Source: a virus
Direction: 5' to 3' (one strand)
Virus record (IMG/VR): IMGVR_UViG_3300049033_000018
Location: 93,141 to 157,140 of that record
DNA length: 64,000 nucleotides
How positions within the stretch are numbered: position 1 is the stretch's first letter; each line of letters begins with the position of its first letter. Positions 1 to 9,136 of this stretch are shown here, piece by piece. A program made the translations under genes and the position numbers. Below the pieces are notes generated by a model. That model was not told the DNA's origin and did no database searches. It was given only the letters and a program-made list of their open reading frames with translations.

Positions 1-289
1 CATATTTAGCTATAGTTTCTTCAAGAGTCTTCTTGTTTGTAATTTCATCTTTCAAAGCTTTAATTTCTGCATTAATAATATCAATTTGAGCATCAATCTT
101 TTCTTTATTTTTAAGAGTAGGAGTATTAATGAATCCAAAGCTGTCTAAATCTTGAGCCTTTTGCAATAATCTTGCATTCTCAGCTACATAAGTTCCAATC
201 TTAATTTCTAAGTCCTTAATTTTAGTTTCAGAATTTTGAACAATTCCTACTTCTTTAAGTAATCTTTCTAATGAACTATTCATGTCCAT
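1..289 (-). CDS. hypothetical coiled-coil protein (runs off window end)
   Basis: Open frame from ATG at 289 (MDMNSSLERLLKEV...) to window edge. Confidence 0.6.
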   Translation of the reverse strand, partial: MDMNSSLERLLKEVGIVQNSETKIKDLEIKIGTYVAENARLLQKAQDLDSFGFINTPTLKNKEKIDAQIDIINAEIKALKDEITNKKTLEETIAKY

Positions 290-319
290 TTTAATTGTGT
301 GTGATGTTATAACTTCCAT

Positions 320-1096
320 TTATTTTAAATGTATTTCTGTTTTTAATAAATCCCTTAAATCAGGAGTAATATTTTTGGTTTTAAACGTTTTGTATAGTTT
401 CTTTGCTTTCTTGTCTTCGTTCAACCAGACAAGTACTCTTCCTGCTACTTTAAATCCAACTTGCTCCAAGAGAATCTGATAAAAGGAAAACTGAGCTGAA
501 TACTTCCCGAAATTATCCTGTATTAACTCATAATCAGGATTTACATGATATAATGGTTTTTTGTTATAAACGTCTGTTAAAGCTTTATTAGTTTTGTAAT
601 CATAAATAATAAAATTCTCTGTATCTGTATTGTATAATATACCATCACAAGTACCTGTGTACCAGTATTCTGGTGAGTACATTACTAATTCAGTTGCAAC
701 AGGAATTAAATTACTTGGTAAATCATTGATAAACTGTATAGCTCCCAAACTTTGTTTATCGAATGGAATTGGTCTCTCACATTCCTGAAAAAATTTCCAA
801 CGTACATAATCTTCACCTAATAAGTGAACTTTACTCCCATGAGCATTAGCTATATCTCCTTCTCCTTCCCATGCTAATTTGACATCTTCAACCTCAAGAC
901 CTCTGTCTTTTGCCCACTTAGGAGCAATCCCATCTGTATCAAATTCATCATATAAGTGTTTCAGTAATGATGAGACCGATTTGATTGGTCTATCACTACC
1001 CTCTATACGATAAATGTGCCCCTCCTGTTGGAAGGACACTTTTTTAAATGGCTCTTTTAATTTTTCATTAATCTTCTTTATTAGCTCGTAGTTCAT
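320..1096 (-). CDS. PD-(D/E)xK exonuclease (Cas4/RecB-like phage nuclease)
   Basis: SVS..L, GSKVH, E..(ATEL), GTCDGI, IYDYKT, YSAQFSFY motifs. Confidence 0.8.
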   Translation of the reverse strand: MNYELIKKINEKLKEPFKKVSFQQEGHIYRIEGSDRPIKSVSSLLKHLYDEFDTDGIAPKWAKDRGLEVEDVKLAWEGEGDIANAHGSKVHLLGEDYVRWKFFQECERPIPFDKQSLGAIQFINDLPSNLIPVATELVMYSPEYWYTGTCDGILYNTDTENFIIYDYKTNKALTDVYNKKPLYHVNPDYELIQDNFGKYSAQFSFYQILLEQVGFKVAGRVLVWLNEDKKAKKLYKTFKTKNITPDLRDLLKTEIHLK

Positions 1097-1739
1097 CCAG
1101 AATTTCTTTTACTTTGTCACTTGTAACAACTCCTGTAAGTCTATGAAGAACATTTTCTTCTTCATCAATAAACACAAGGGTTGGTACATTTCTTACATTA
1201 AATTTCAAAGTGGTTTCTGGTTCAAGGTCTGTATTGATTGTTTTAATTGGGAAATCGTGTCCATCTAATACTGTTGTTAATGTTCTACATGGAGCACACC
1301 AATCGGCATAAAATTTTAATATTTTTACACTTTTGACTGTATCTTCCAAACTATCATCAAACAACTGTTTTAAATCTACAGGTTTATAATTAGCTGGCTT
1401 GATTACTTTACCTTGTTCATTTTTATGAACTTTGCCATTTTCATCTAATTTACTCATATTATTAGCATGAACTAAATCCCAAGCATCCCCCAATAAATGA
1501 ATTACTCCTGCTTCTTGAGCTGTTCCATTAGCAATATAATGAATATCAATAACTGCATCAATAGTTTCAACTGGGTCTCCTGCCAGAAGAGCCTTTTCAA
1601 GTTCATTTACTTCTTCTCTAAGAAAATCCATTCTAGCCTGAATCCTCTCTTTCATGTCTCCTCTAGTAAATAAATTTCCTTCTTGCTCCTCAGCAATCTT
1701 CTCTTGAAATTCTCTAATGTCTTTAATTTGTTTCTCCAT
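1068..1739 (-). CDS. MazG-like NTP pyrophosphohydrolase fused to C-terminal thioredoxin
   Basis: EEVNEL..A, DAVIDIHY, VHANNMSK, GKVIKPANY in N-half; FYADWCAPC and VPTL in C-half. Confidence 0.85.
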   Translation of the reverse strand: MEKQIKDIREFQEKIAEEQEGNLFTRGDMKERIQARMDFLREEVNELEKALLAGDPVETIDAVIDIHYIANGTAQEAGVIHLLGDAWDLVHANNMSKLDENGKVHKNEQGKVIKPANYKPVDLKQLFDDSLEDTVKSVKILKFYADWCAPCRTLTTVLDGHDFPIKTINTDLEPETTLKFNVRNVPTLVFIDEEENVLHRLTGVVTSDKVKEILDELRANKED

Positions 1740-2040
1740 TCTTATTTTTTAAAAAATATTGTCCATTTTCGCAACATGGTTGCATTTCTTGTATAGCTCT
1801 ACAGAACATCTCCCCTCTAGTTTCATCAGGAATCTCTTCAGGGAAATCTTCTTCAGTGCTATAAAATATAAGCCCGTAATTCCAAACATCATAATCTAAT
1901 GAGAATGTAACTACTTCAAGCTTATTTTTTTCTTCAAAAGTTAAAAACTTTAACTGATAATCTGGGAAAAATTCCCCAGCAAATTTAGGTCCTAGTACAG
2001 AGCTTACAAAAAACTCTTTTACTCTATATACTTCTTTCAT
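1723..2040 (-). CDS. hypothetical protein
   Basis: Tightly packed ORF in minus-strand operon. Confidence 0.6.
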   Translation of the reverse strand: MKEVYRVKEFFVSSVLGPKFAGEFFPDYQLKFLTFEEKNKLEVVTFSLDYDVWNYGLIFYSTEEDFPEEIPDETRGEMFCRAIQEMQPCCENGQYFLKNKNGETN

Positions 2041-2041
2041 G

Positions 2042-4345
2042 TTAATGTATCCAGTGGTCTCCTTGAACAGCTTCAGCTTTCATAATAGGAGGGTTTAAAA
2101 ATATGTTGGCTCCATCTGTCATGTTTCTTTGAATAAATTCCATACAAAATTCATTTCTTTCAGGATTAAATGATTCTAATCCAATCTCATCATGAACTGC
2201 TACAATAAGTTGAACATCATCAATTTTTTTCTCAATAAGTTCATTTCTCATCATAATTAGAGCTGTCTTGGTTTCAGAGCTACTAGTTCCTTGAATTCTA
2301 TAGTTAGTTGATTTTCTTTGTAATGAGCCTCTAATCCCAAAATATTTTCTCCAAATATTCTTTAATTCAGGATATTTTTCGTTAATTTCCTCTTTCAAAC
2401 TTGCCTTTTCTTCTCCACTCATTTTACCTCTTTGGAAATACTCTTCAGGATAATATTCTTTTGCCTGTTCATTAACTCTTTCCATTTCTTCAAAATCATC
2501 ATTAAACCATCTTCTATCAACTACTTGGTCAATTTGTATGTATTTATTTTTGAAGGTATGGGTTGCCCATTTATCCATTGCTTGCTTTAATTTAGGATAT
2601 GCTCCAAAATAATTATCTATAAATACCTGAGCCTCATCTTTAGTTAATCCAAAATCCTCAGCAAAACCTTTAGCTTCTTTTCCATATAAAAGACCAAACG
2701 AAATGATTTTAGCTTCATCTCTTTTCTTTTTGTGAAATTTAGTAAATCCATCAGTTTTATTTGCTGGGAAATCTTCAGCATCTGGATTATGAGCCTTGTT
2801 CATATTATTAGCTGTATAGGTGTGATTATCTTCACCATATATCGGATGTCCATTAATAAAGAAATCAAGTAATACATCTTCTTCAGCTAAACAAGCCACA
2901 GTTCTAACTTCTTGGTTACTAAAGTCAGCGAATATAAGAGTATTTTTTTCATCTAAGACTTTAAATGCATCCCTGTATACTCCTCCAGGAATTTGTTGAA
3001 CGTTTGGAGCAGAACTTGCCATTCTTCCAGAGTTAAGAATTTGTCTAAAATTGGTATGAACTCTGTGAGTAATTGGGTGAACGTATTTCAACCACTCCTT
3101 TCCAAAAGTAGTAATATTCTGTTCTGACCTTTTAAATAATAGATAAGCTAAAATAAGTCTTTGATGGTCTTCAATAAAATTTCCATTTTCATCCTTTTCA
3201 AAGCCAATCCAAGTTTGTTCTTGATAATTCGTTTTAAACTCATTTTTAAGGGTTTTTAGAAGAGCTGTGGCACCTACAGTCCAATCTTGCTTTTTAGTCT
3301 GTTTACTGAACTCTTTAGGACATATTTCAAGGTATCTGAATAGTTCTACTACTTGGGTTGAGGAACTCCATTGAATCATACATCTTTGTTCATAACCAAA
3401 TAGGTTAGCAGGTTCTACAAATTTAGGATAGAAATATTCAATATATGAATTAAGTTCAGCTAATCTTATGTCAAAATGGGTCTTTTGCTCATTAGCAATT
3501 CCTAACCAAACTTCTTTACTAAATGGCATTCCATTTAACTCCATATCAGCTATACACTGAGTAAATGAATTTTCCATTCTGAATAATTTCTGAGGCATAT
3601 ATACTTCTCCATTTGAAAGCTTTCTTCCTAAAAGTTGTCTCTCCATTATTAAGATAGGATAAAGAATATCATCAGAACCATACAGAATTTGTTTTGCAGT
3701 AAATTTCTTGGTTCCAATAGTAACAAATTGCATCCTTGTAGACTTGTCAATCTGTTCAGAATTAGCTATCTCGAATGGAGTCAGTAAGTGTTCATTCTCT
3801 TCAATAAAATCGTCATTAAGGGTTGATTCTCTCTCTCTTTCAAAAAGGTTAATATCTTCTACTTTTTTGACATCTAAATATTCATAAGCCATTCCAGCTA
3901 GAGAGAAACTTCTTTGAATACCATTATAAAGACACATCTCAGCAATCATACAATCCCAAACCTTTTTAAGGCGAAGACCATACTTATGTCTTAAATGCTT
4001 CCCTTCAAACTTTAGATTAACTCCAATGAAAGTACACTCCTTATTCCAATTAATAAAATCAAGAATAGGGCTTAATTCCCACTGAGTGTAATCTCTGACA
4101 TCAATAACATAAATCTTTTCTAGATTACCTATCTGAAGCATTACTACATTTGATAGGTATGGGTCTAAACCTCCTTTATATACATCTGATTTTGATTCTT
4201 TCCTTTTCTGAAACTTTCTTGTAGTCTCAATATCAAGCCCTAGTAACCTCTTATTTTTAATGAACTGATAACACTCATCAATAGTAGCATAGTCTTCTAC
4301 TCCATCAACTTTGTATTTTCCAATAAAATAAGTTTTAGTTTTCAT
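2042..4345 (-). CDS. polA: DNA polymerase, family A, with N-terminal 3'-5' exonuclease
   Basis: ExoI LDIETT; motif A FADFSNQEVR; motif B RDEAKIISFGLLYG; motif C VHDEI; SGRMASSAPNVQQIP. Confidence 0.95.
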   Translation of the reverse strand: MKTKTYFIGKYKVDGVEDYATIDECYQFIKNKRLLGLDIETTRKFQKRKESKSDVYKGGLDPYLSNVVMLQIGNLEKIYVIDVRDYTQWELSPILDFINWNKECTFIGVNLKFEGKHLRHKYGLRLKKVWDCMIAEMCLYNGIQRSFSLAGMAYEYLDVKKVEDINLFERERESTLNDDFIEENEHLLTPFEIANSEQIDKSTRMQFVTIGTKKFTAKQILYGSDDILYPILIMERQLLGRKLSNGEVYMPQKLFRMENSFTQCIADMELNGMPFSKEVWLGIANEQKTHFDIRLAELNSYIEYFYPKFVEPANLFGYEQRCMIQWSSSTQVVELFRYLEICPKEFSKQTKKQDWTVGATALLKTLKNEFKTNYQEQTWIGFEKDENGNFIEDHQRLILAYLLFKRSEQNITTFGKEWLKYVHPITHRVHTNFRQILNSGRMASSAPNVQQIPGGVYRDAFKVLDEKNTLIFADFSNQEVRTVACLAEEDVLLDFFINGHPIYGEDNHTYTANNMNKAHNPDAEDFPANKTDGFTKFHKKKRDEAKIISFGLLYGKEAKGFAEDFGLTKDEAQVFIDNYFGAYPKLKQAMDKWATHTFKNKYIQIDQVVDRRWFNDDFEEMERVNEQAKEYYPEEYFQRGKMSGEEKASLKEEINEKYPELKNIWRKYFGIRGSLQRKSTNYRIQGTSSSETKTALIMMRNELIEKKIDDVQLIVAVHDEIGLESFNPERNEFCMEFIQRNMTDGANIFLNPPIMKAEAVQGDHWIH

Positions 4346-4780
4346 TTATATTAATTTTAAAGCTTCCAATAAACCTGTTTCTAAAGCTTCTTCGTAGGTT
4401 TTATAAGATGTATAGTTATATTTTCTTTCCCAAGGTTTCCCTATTCTGTCTTCTTGTACAGGGTTTACAATATTAATTTCATATTTAAATTCTCCTGCTG
4501 TTGAATTACTAACATATACACGAAGTTTTTTCACTTCTCTTAACCATTTTTGTAAGAAAGATTGAGTTGGTTGAGTACATTCAATATCTGGATTTTTAAA
4601 TTCTTCTGAATCTGTATCATATAAATGAACTTTATCATTAATATTCCACTTCTTCATTTGCATATATCCTGATAAATTGCTAGATTTTCCTTCGGTATTA
4701 AATGTTTTTCTACAGAATTCATTGAATCCTTTTGCTTTAGCTAGTTTAGCTGTTTCAAATGTTACAAACTGTTCTTCCAT
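4346..4780 (-). CDS. conserved Bacteroidetes-phage hypothetical protein
   Basis: VTFETAKLAKAKGF...PTQSFLQKWLRE...TYEEALE pattern. Confidence 0.7.
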   Translation of the reverse strand: MEEQFVTFETAKLAKAKGFNEFCRKTFNTEGKSSNLSGYMQMKKWNINDKVHLYDTDSEEFKNPDIECTQPTQSFLQKWLREVKKLRVYVSNSTAGEFKYEINIVNPVQEDRIGKPWERKYNYTSYKTYEEALETGLLEALKLI

Positions 4781-5226
4781 TATTCATAATTTCTGGTTAA
4801 ACTATCACAGTATTCATTCCATTTATTACCATCATGACCACGAACCCATTCAACTTTAATGTTAACATTTCTTAGTTTATGAATTTCTAGCCACAATTCC
4901 AAGTTTTCCACCTTCTTATTAGTAGAAGTTTTCCAACCTTTTCTCTCCCAACCTTTACACCACTCATTATATCCTTTTGAGCAATATTGAGAATCAGTAA
5001 AGATTGTCACTTGAGTAAATTTATCTTTTGTTGTTGATTCATTCTCTAATACAGAGAGTGCATAAAATAAACCGTTTTTTAGAGCCGTTAACTCCATGAT
5101 ATTATTTGTTGTTTCTTTATCACTCCCCCATTTTTCAGAATAAACTTCATCATCTTTTACTACAACCATAGCCCAGCCCCCATCTCTGGTAGACATTTGG
5201 CAGCTTCCATCTGTATATATTTCCAT
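4780..5226 (-). CDS. rnhA: ribonuclease HI
   Basis: IYTDGSC, TNNIMELTA, TDSQY, WVRGH, NEYCD; start moved to MEIYTDG. Confidence 0.92.
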   Translation of the reverse strand: MEIYTDGSCQMSTRDGGWAMVVVKDDEVYSEKWGSDKETTNNIMELTALKNGLFYALSVLENESTTKDKFTQVTIFTDSQYCSKGYNEWCKGWERKGWKTSTNKKVENLELWLEIHKLRNVNIKVEWVRGHDGNKWNEYCDSLTRNYE

Positions 5227-5242
5227 ATTCAAAAAATGGGGA

Positions 5243-5755
5243 TTAATTACCCCCATCTAATTCATCCTCAATAAATTCTTTTGTTGCTTGTATCATATGA
5301 GTGAAGAACATTCCATGAGCAATTTCTACTGAAGTCTCAGCTTCTGTAATCCCTGCATCTGCATCCATTTTAATGACTCCTTCAGATTTGGAAAATTTAA
5401 TCTTTCCTTTTTCTGATTTTTCACCAGTGTTGTTGTCTCTTACTTCAATTCTAACAATATAAGTTTTGTCTTCCAAATCTTCATCGTTAAAATAAATTGT
5501 TCCTTTTTCTTCATGTTCGTGATTTAAAACTCCTGCTTCCATATTGGCAAAGTTTAAAAAATCTTCCATAGAAATTGGAGTTAGAGCTGTTTTAACCATT
5601 GAAGCTAAATCTTGTGGTTTACTTTGTGCTTTAGCAGCTTCTGTTGTTATTCCAACTGCACTGTCTGCTCTAGCATCAGCTTCTCTTAATGCTTCTCTTT
5701 TTTTAGCCATTTCTGACATGTGTTGTCCTAGATTTTTGTCTTCTCCTAAACTCAT
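5243..5755 (-). CDS. hypothetical protein
   Basis: ORF directly downstream of promoter at ~5790. Confidence 0.7.
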   Translation of the reverse strand: MSLGEDKNLGQHMSEMAKKREALREADARADSAVGITTEAAKAQSKPQDLASMVKTALTPISMEDFLNFANMEAGVLNHEHEEKGTIYFNDEDLEDKTYIVRIEVRDNNTGEKSEKGKIKFSKSEGVIKMDADAGITEAETSVEIAHGMFFTHMIQATKEFIEDELDGGN

Positions 5756-5786
5756 AATGTTGTTTTTAATTGTTGTTAATTATAGT

Positions 5787-5820
5787 GCAAATATAAGGAA
5801 AATAATTGTGATATACAACT
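5787..5820 (-). promoter_or_regulatory. Bacteroidetes-type promoter
   Basis: TATATTTG -7 box, TTG -33 box, upstream TTAAC repeats. Confidence 0.7.
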
Positions 5821-5839
5821 ATTATTTGTTAATATTTTG

Positions 5840-6367
5840 TTAAAATTCTAAAGCTTCATTAAATTTATCAAAAGCTTCTACGAAATTGGTTCTCTCTGTA
5901 ATTGAAGCTCTCACAACTCTCATTCTTTCAACCATCAGTTTCCAGGAATTGGGGAAAGCTTTTTCAAGTCCAGTAAAGTCCAGTCTATCAAGATACTTAG
6001 TGTCTAAAAGTGTATGTTCTTCCCATGTAAGATAAATACAATTCATCTCATGAGACTCAACTGATTTATGATTTCTTTTAGGAAATAGGTGACATATATT
6101 AACTTTGGTAGGGTAAGGTATCATTCTATTTGATTCTTCACTATATTTAAATTTATATAGTATCTCTATATGCTTTTCAAAAAATGTCTCCAAATTCTTG
6201 TTTTTTGGCTTTGGTTTTCTTTTAATTGAAGTAGTACTTCTGACTATAGGTTTTGCATCCTGTTTCATTGTACATGACTTACATCTATGTTTACTAAAGA
6301 TATAAGTTTCTTCCCCACATATTACACACTTTTTCTTTTTCTGCTTAATAGGCATCTTTCTTATCAT
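5840..6367 (-). CDS. Zn-finger / HNH-like (NinG-like) nuclease
   Basis: CVIC..HRCKSC; ICHLFPK...N.IYLT.EEH. Confidence 0.55.
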   Translation of the reverse strand: MIRKMPIKQKKKKCVICGEETYIFSKHRCKSCTMKQDAKPIVRSTTSIKRKPKPKNKNLETFFEKHIEILYKFKYSEESNRMIPYPTKVNICHLFPKRNHKSVESHEMNCIYLTWEEHTLLDTKYLDRLDFTGLEKAFPNSWKLMVERMRVVRASITERTNFVEAFDKFNEALEF

Positions 6368-7320
6368 AGTATTTCCATAGTATAAGGTTTGAATGGAGTA
6401 AAATATAATTTATTTACATCACTTTCAAATATAAATGTTCCCTTAGAGGTGTACATTGTATAATTTGAAGCTGCATCTGTAAAATATCTCCACCAACCTT
6501 CTTGACTTTTGTAGTCTATAAAGAAATTTTCTACAGTAAGAGGGTTAAAATCTACTGTTGCAGTAAATCTTTTTCCATTTAAAAGTAAAATTACTCTGAA
6601 ATTAGTTTGTTCAACCTGAATATTCATTGCTTTGATTAACTTTTTAGGAGATTCTTTGAATCTATTTACTTCATCAATCAAATTTAATAGAACATCATAA
6701 GAAACTGTACCTAAGATTTCTAGTATATTTCTTATTTCCTTTTCAAATTGCTTTTCTTTTAGTTCTTTATCCATAATATCATCCACAACATCCTGTTCCA
6801 GGTTGTAATACTTGTAATGATAGAATATTCTATTAGGTCTATTCTTTAGATAAGTACTAATTTTCTCACTATTAGAGGTAAATAAGAATAATTTCTTACC
6901 TCCTACAGCCCCATCTAATATGGTAAGTAACTCATTCTGTAGTTCTACTGTATCATATACCTTTTCAAACTCGTCAAAAAATATGATATAGTTGTCTAAC
7001 CCCGTAATATAACTTTTAAATTTTTCACCTGTGAAAGGTTCTGTGATTAATATGGTAGGAATACCTTCAGCTTTTTGACATATATAACTACATGTTACTG
7101 TCTTACTATTTCCCTTTAACCCAGAGAATAAGGCTCCTAAATTGGTATTCCTTTCTTTGAAAGTAGTCAGGATTCTGTCTGCTACTCCATCTAGGTCACC
7201 ATAAATAACTTTAGGAAGTTCTTTTAAAGTAGTTGGTACTAATTCAAAATCAGCCTTTTCATCCTGTTGTCTTAGTGTATAGGTTTTACTCTCCACTTTC
7301 TTCGTTCGGTTCACTGCCAT
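6364..7320 (-). CDS. AAA+ ATPase
   Basis: Walker A variant GLKGNSKT, Walker B IIFFDEFEK, LLTILDG, FTSN, RPNRI. Confidence 0.85.
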   Translation of the reverse strand: MAVNRTKKVESKTYTLRQQDEKADFELVPTTLKELPKVIYGDLDGVADRILTTFKERNTNLGALFSGLKGNSKTVTCSYICQKAEGIPTILITEPFTGEKFKSYITGLDNYIIFFDEFEKVYDTVELQNELLTILDGAVGGKKLFLFTSNSEKISTYLKNRPNRIFYHYKYYNLEQDVVDDIMDKELKEKQFEKEIRNILEILGTVSYDVLLNLIDEVNRFKESPKKLIKAMNIQVEQTNFRVILLLNGKRFTATVDFNPLTVENFFIDYKSQEGWWRYFTDAASNYTMYTSKGTFIFESDVNKLYFTPFKPYTMEIL

Positions 7321-7912
7321 CTTTTGGTTGTATATATTTGTTATAAGCTGTAAAATAGCATCCTTCTGAAGTGATTACTACATTGCCCAAATCTTGATAA
7401 ATTTCAATTTCTGTTTTCTTAGCTAAAACTTCTTTCTTATAAGTTTGCATCACTTTTACTAATTTTGCATCGTCAATAGTGATTGATTCCAGAAAGTTTT
7501 TGTAATGTTCTAAATCCATTCTCAAAACTCTCACTTGGTTATCAGACTCAGAATTGTTATTAATTGTATTGATATTAATTTCCAAATTACTATCTACCAT
7601 CTTGAAGAGTTCATTTTTCTGAAAGAAATAATCTTGAGAAGTTTTTGTAAAGTTTATTTGAGCACCCTCAGGCTTCATATTAATAAAATCAATAATTGAG
7701 TTTAATTCCCCATACATACAATGCATCATAGGTCTAAATCCGCTTAGTGAAAATTTGTATTTATCTTTTTTAGGGTGATAAAAAACATGATAGTAAGAAT
7801 AGTCAATAAATGTAATGTCACTCCCTTCTACATCTAGAAATAAATGTGACCACTCACCAGCAACTATATCTATCAGCTTGTAACCCTGTAATTGTAATAG
7901 TAATTTCTTCAT
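7286..7912 (-). CDS. hypothetical protein
   Basis: Start moved to MKKLLLQ, downstream of promoter at ~7960. Confidence 0.65.
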   Translation of the reverse strand: MKKLLLQLQGYKLIDIVAGEWSHLFLDVEGSDITFIDYSYYHVFYHPKKDKYKFSLSGFRPMMHCMYGELNSIIDFINMKPEGAQINFTKTSQDYFFQKNELFKMVDSNLEININTINNNSESDNQVRVLRMDLEHYKNFLESITIDDAKLVKVMQTYKKEVLAKKTEIEIYQDLGNVVITSEGCYFTAYNKYIQPKDGSEPNEESGE

Positions 7913-7958
7913 AAGTAAAAAATAGGCTCCAATTAAGGAGCCCTTATTGATTAGTAGT

Positions 7959-7992
7959 GCAAATATACGAAAAATATCTGGAACTACCAAAT
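7959..7992 (-). promoter_or_regulatory. Bacteroidetes-type promoter
   Basis: TTTGGTAG...CGTATATTTGCA. Confidence 0.75.
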
Positions 7993-8002
7993 TCCTGTGA
8001 AT

Positions 8003-9136
8003 TTATTTTATCATTTTGTTCTTCAACTGGTCTCTGATTTGCTTCACATTTAAGATGTACTTATTGTAATCTTTAACTGGCATATCAGGTACTTTTATCT
8101 TATGAGGATTAGAGTCAGTATTATTAACTTCTCCCTCAATAATAGCTTCCCAGAAGTCTAAGGAATCACCTTCTTTAATATCTTCTACAATTTTGTTGTT
8201 TTCCCATTGAACTACCTTTACAGGGAAGTATTGACATACTCTCATTTTAGAGTACCCACTATCTTTAGGGACAGCTACAACATCAATAGGGTTTACTAAC
8301 ACAGCAATAGAAGTATCTCCAAACTGTTTTAAACCACTCCAGTCTTTACAAGCCACATGGAGTCCAGTAGAACAAGAGTTATTAGGATTTGAATCACACT
8401 TTTCTCTTGACATAGTAACTGGTTGACCTAATTTAATTTGGAATTTACCAGTGTACTTATCAGTAAACGAGTCGGCAGTTTCTGTTTGTTTATTTAAATC
8501 TTCTAGGTTACCCATTTCAACTTCCCCATTTTTAACAACATAGTCAAGCTTCTTAGTTTTTAACTCGTTTTGAGGTGTTTTAATAACTTTAAATTTCTTA
8601 GGAGATTTCTTTTGAACCTGTTTAATGTTTTTATATAAGTCCTCTACAGAGATTGTCTTATTTTTAACTTTAACCACATTCCTGTAAGCCACAAACAATC
8701 CTGACTTTAAAATGGTGAAATCATGAGTCTGTAGGAACCACAATAGATTCTCTCTAGAATGCTCATTAGGGTTTCTACAAGCCAATCTCCAGAAGTTAAG
8801 ATAACTCTCAACTGCATCTGTACCTTCAACTTGCTTAATCTTGTCAATTAAGTGTTTAGGAACTGACACTTCTGATACTGAAGGAATGGTAGTGATACCT
8901 GTTACATCATCATACTTAAAGATAGAAGATTTCACAATGTCTTTAACCAGTGCTCTAGTTTCTGCTACTTCTTCTTTTTCTTCAACATCAAGCATGAAGT
9001 ACTTCTTGATTTCTTCCTCTTTTTCACTGTTCTCTTTGATAAAATCCTCAGTCTCTTTAGAGACATTGGTATCAGTGATTACAATTCCATCAGAAAGAAT
9101 AATAGTTAAGGATTTACCTTGTTTAATTGTTCTCAT
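8003..9136 (-). CDS. rIIB: rIIB-like protein
   Basis: NFW...NPN, G.FVAYR.V, CS.GLHVA, LVNPIDVVAVP, KMRVCQY; follows rIIA. Confidence 0.9.
   Translation of the reverse strand: MRTIKQGKSLTIILSDGIVITDTNVSKETEDFIKENSEKEEEIKKYFMLDVEEKEEVAETRALVKDIVKSSIFKYDDVTGITTIPSVSEVSVPKHLIDKIKQVEGTDAVESYLNFWRLACRNPNEHSRENLLWFLQTHDFTILKSGLFVAYRNVVKVKNKTISVEDLYKNIKQVQKKSPKKFKVIKTPQNELKTKKLDYVVKNGEVEMGNLEDLNKQTETADSFTDKYTGKFQIKLGQPVTMSREKCDSNPNNSCSTGLHVACKDWSGLKQFGDTSIAVLVNPIDVVAVPKDSGYSKMRVCQYFPVKVVQWENNKIVEDIKEGDSLDFWEAIIEGEVNNTDSNPHKIKVPDMPVKDYNKYILNVKQIRDQLKNKMIK

Noticed and set aside
320-1096. Cas4 as part of a CRISPR system
   Set aside because: Stand-alone PD-(D/E)xK nuclease in a replication operon; no Fe-S cysteine cluster, cas1/cas2 or array.
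2042-4345. Intein or intron in the DNA polymerase
   Set aside because: The frame is continuous; the insert after motif B is short and lacks intein C...HN termini.
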